Shown here: positions 64,000-64,000 of the stretch, piece after piece
Layout of the letters: each line of letters begins with the position of its first letter
Numbering within the stretch: the stretch's first letter is position 1
DNA from: Botryllus schlosseri
Taxonomy: Eukaryota
DNA: 64,000 nt
Assembly (NCBI GenBank): GCA_051294905.1
Contig: CM119372.1
Coordinates: 10,976,001-11,040,000 of the forward strand
Direction: 5' to 3'
Notes under the pieces: generated by a model
Told to the model about the DNA's origin: nothing
What the model saw: the letters and a program-made list of their open reading frames with translations, nothing else
Database searches by the model: none
Translations under genes and position numbers: made by a program

Positions 64000-64000
64000 G
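46751..64000. repeat. Homogeneous type-B' block (~56 units, B plus D69N, gctgttgac; N-terminal side of the visible protein)
   Basis: gctgttgac replaces gctgtcgac from 46762 to the last copy at 63757. No A-type units are present. Confidence 0.95.

Larger units (their letters stand above)
1..64000. repeat. Tandem array of a 309-bp unit, ~207 copies, exactly in phase
   Basis: Shadow ORFs recur at 141+309n up to 63486 (n=205) with no phase shift, so there are no net indels. Units differ only by substitutions. Confidence 0.99.

Noticed and set aside
141..63749. Numerous 87-aa (and fused 190/293/401-aa) minus-strand ORFs MQLMSPP... as a tandem small-gene family
   Set aside because: They are an out-of-frame shadow of the long ORF, starting mostly at TTG. 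Their stop is lost whenever a V56I codon change (GTA->ATC) occurs in the true frame, and variants that are silent in the true frame alter their residues.
1..64000. Non-coding satellite or centromeric DNA
   Set aside because: Unit length is a multiple of 3, there are no indels in 207 copies, one frame is stop-free, and variation is biased to synonymous sites. All point to coding constraint despite the satellite-like HOR structure.
1..64000. CRISPR array, or integron/DGR-type cassette array
   Set aside because: No unique spacers or variable cassettes; the entire 309 bp repeats. No cas, integrase or reverse transcriptase gene is present and variation is not adenine-specific.

Overview
The whole 64-kb window is one head-to-tail tandem array of a 309-bp unit (207 full copies plus 37 nt), with no indel anywhere. 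The coding frame is not in the supplied ORF track. It is the minus-strand frame exactly antisense to + frame 1 (codons spanning 63999->1). I found no stop codon in it, so it encodes at least 21,333 aa (about 2.1 MDa), and both gene ends lie outside the window. Each unit encodes a 103-aa repeat rich in Gly/Ala/Asp/Asn/His/Met, with no Cys/Trp/Arg in the consensus. Type A: NAAAKAIATGGPHYGSGDAIAHANANNGFQFAMGPMGLGVNVDGDHSGGHGVEVDVADNTLAIADAHVDSDLAVDVTTDGGKGQYGDLFANMGMGGINLNFGN. Type B: NAAAKAIAAGGPHYGSGDAIAHANANNGFQFGMGPMGLAVNVDGDHSGGHGVDVDVADNTLAIADAHVDSDLAVDVTTEGGKGQYGDLFASMGMGGINLNFAN. I do not recognise the family. The listed Cys/Val-rich + ORFs and the 87-aa minus ORFs are shadow frames. The two unit types (13 nt differences) form blocks, chimeric units and higher-order repeats of 2, 5, 6, 9, 11-13 and 16 units. 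No RNA gene, mobile element, CRISPR array or regulatory site is supportable. Organism and function cannot be determined from this window.
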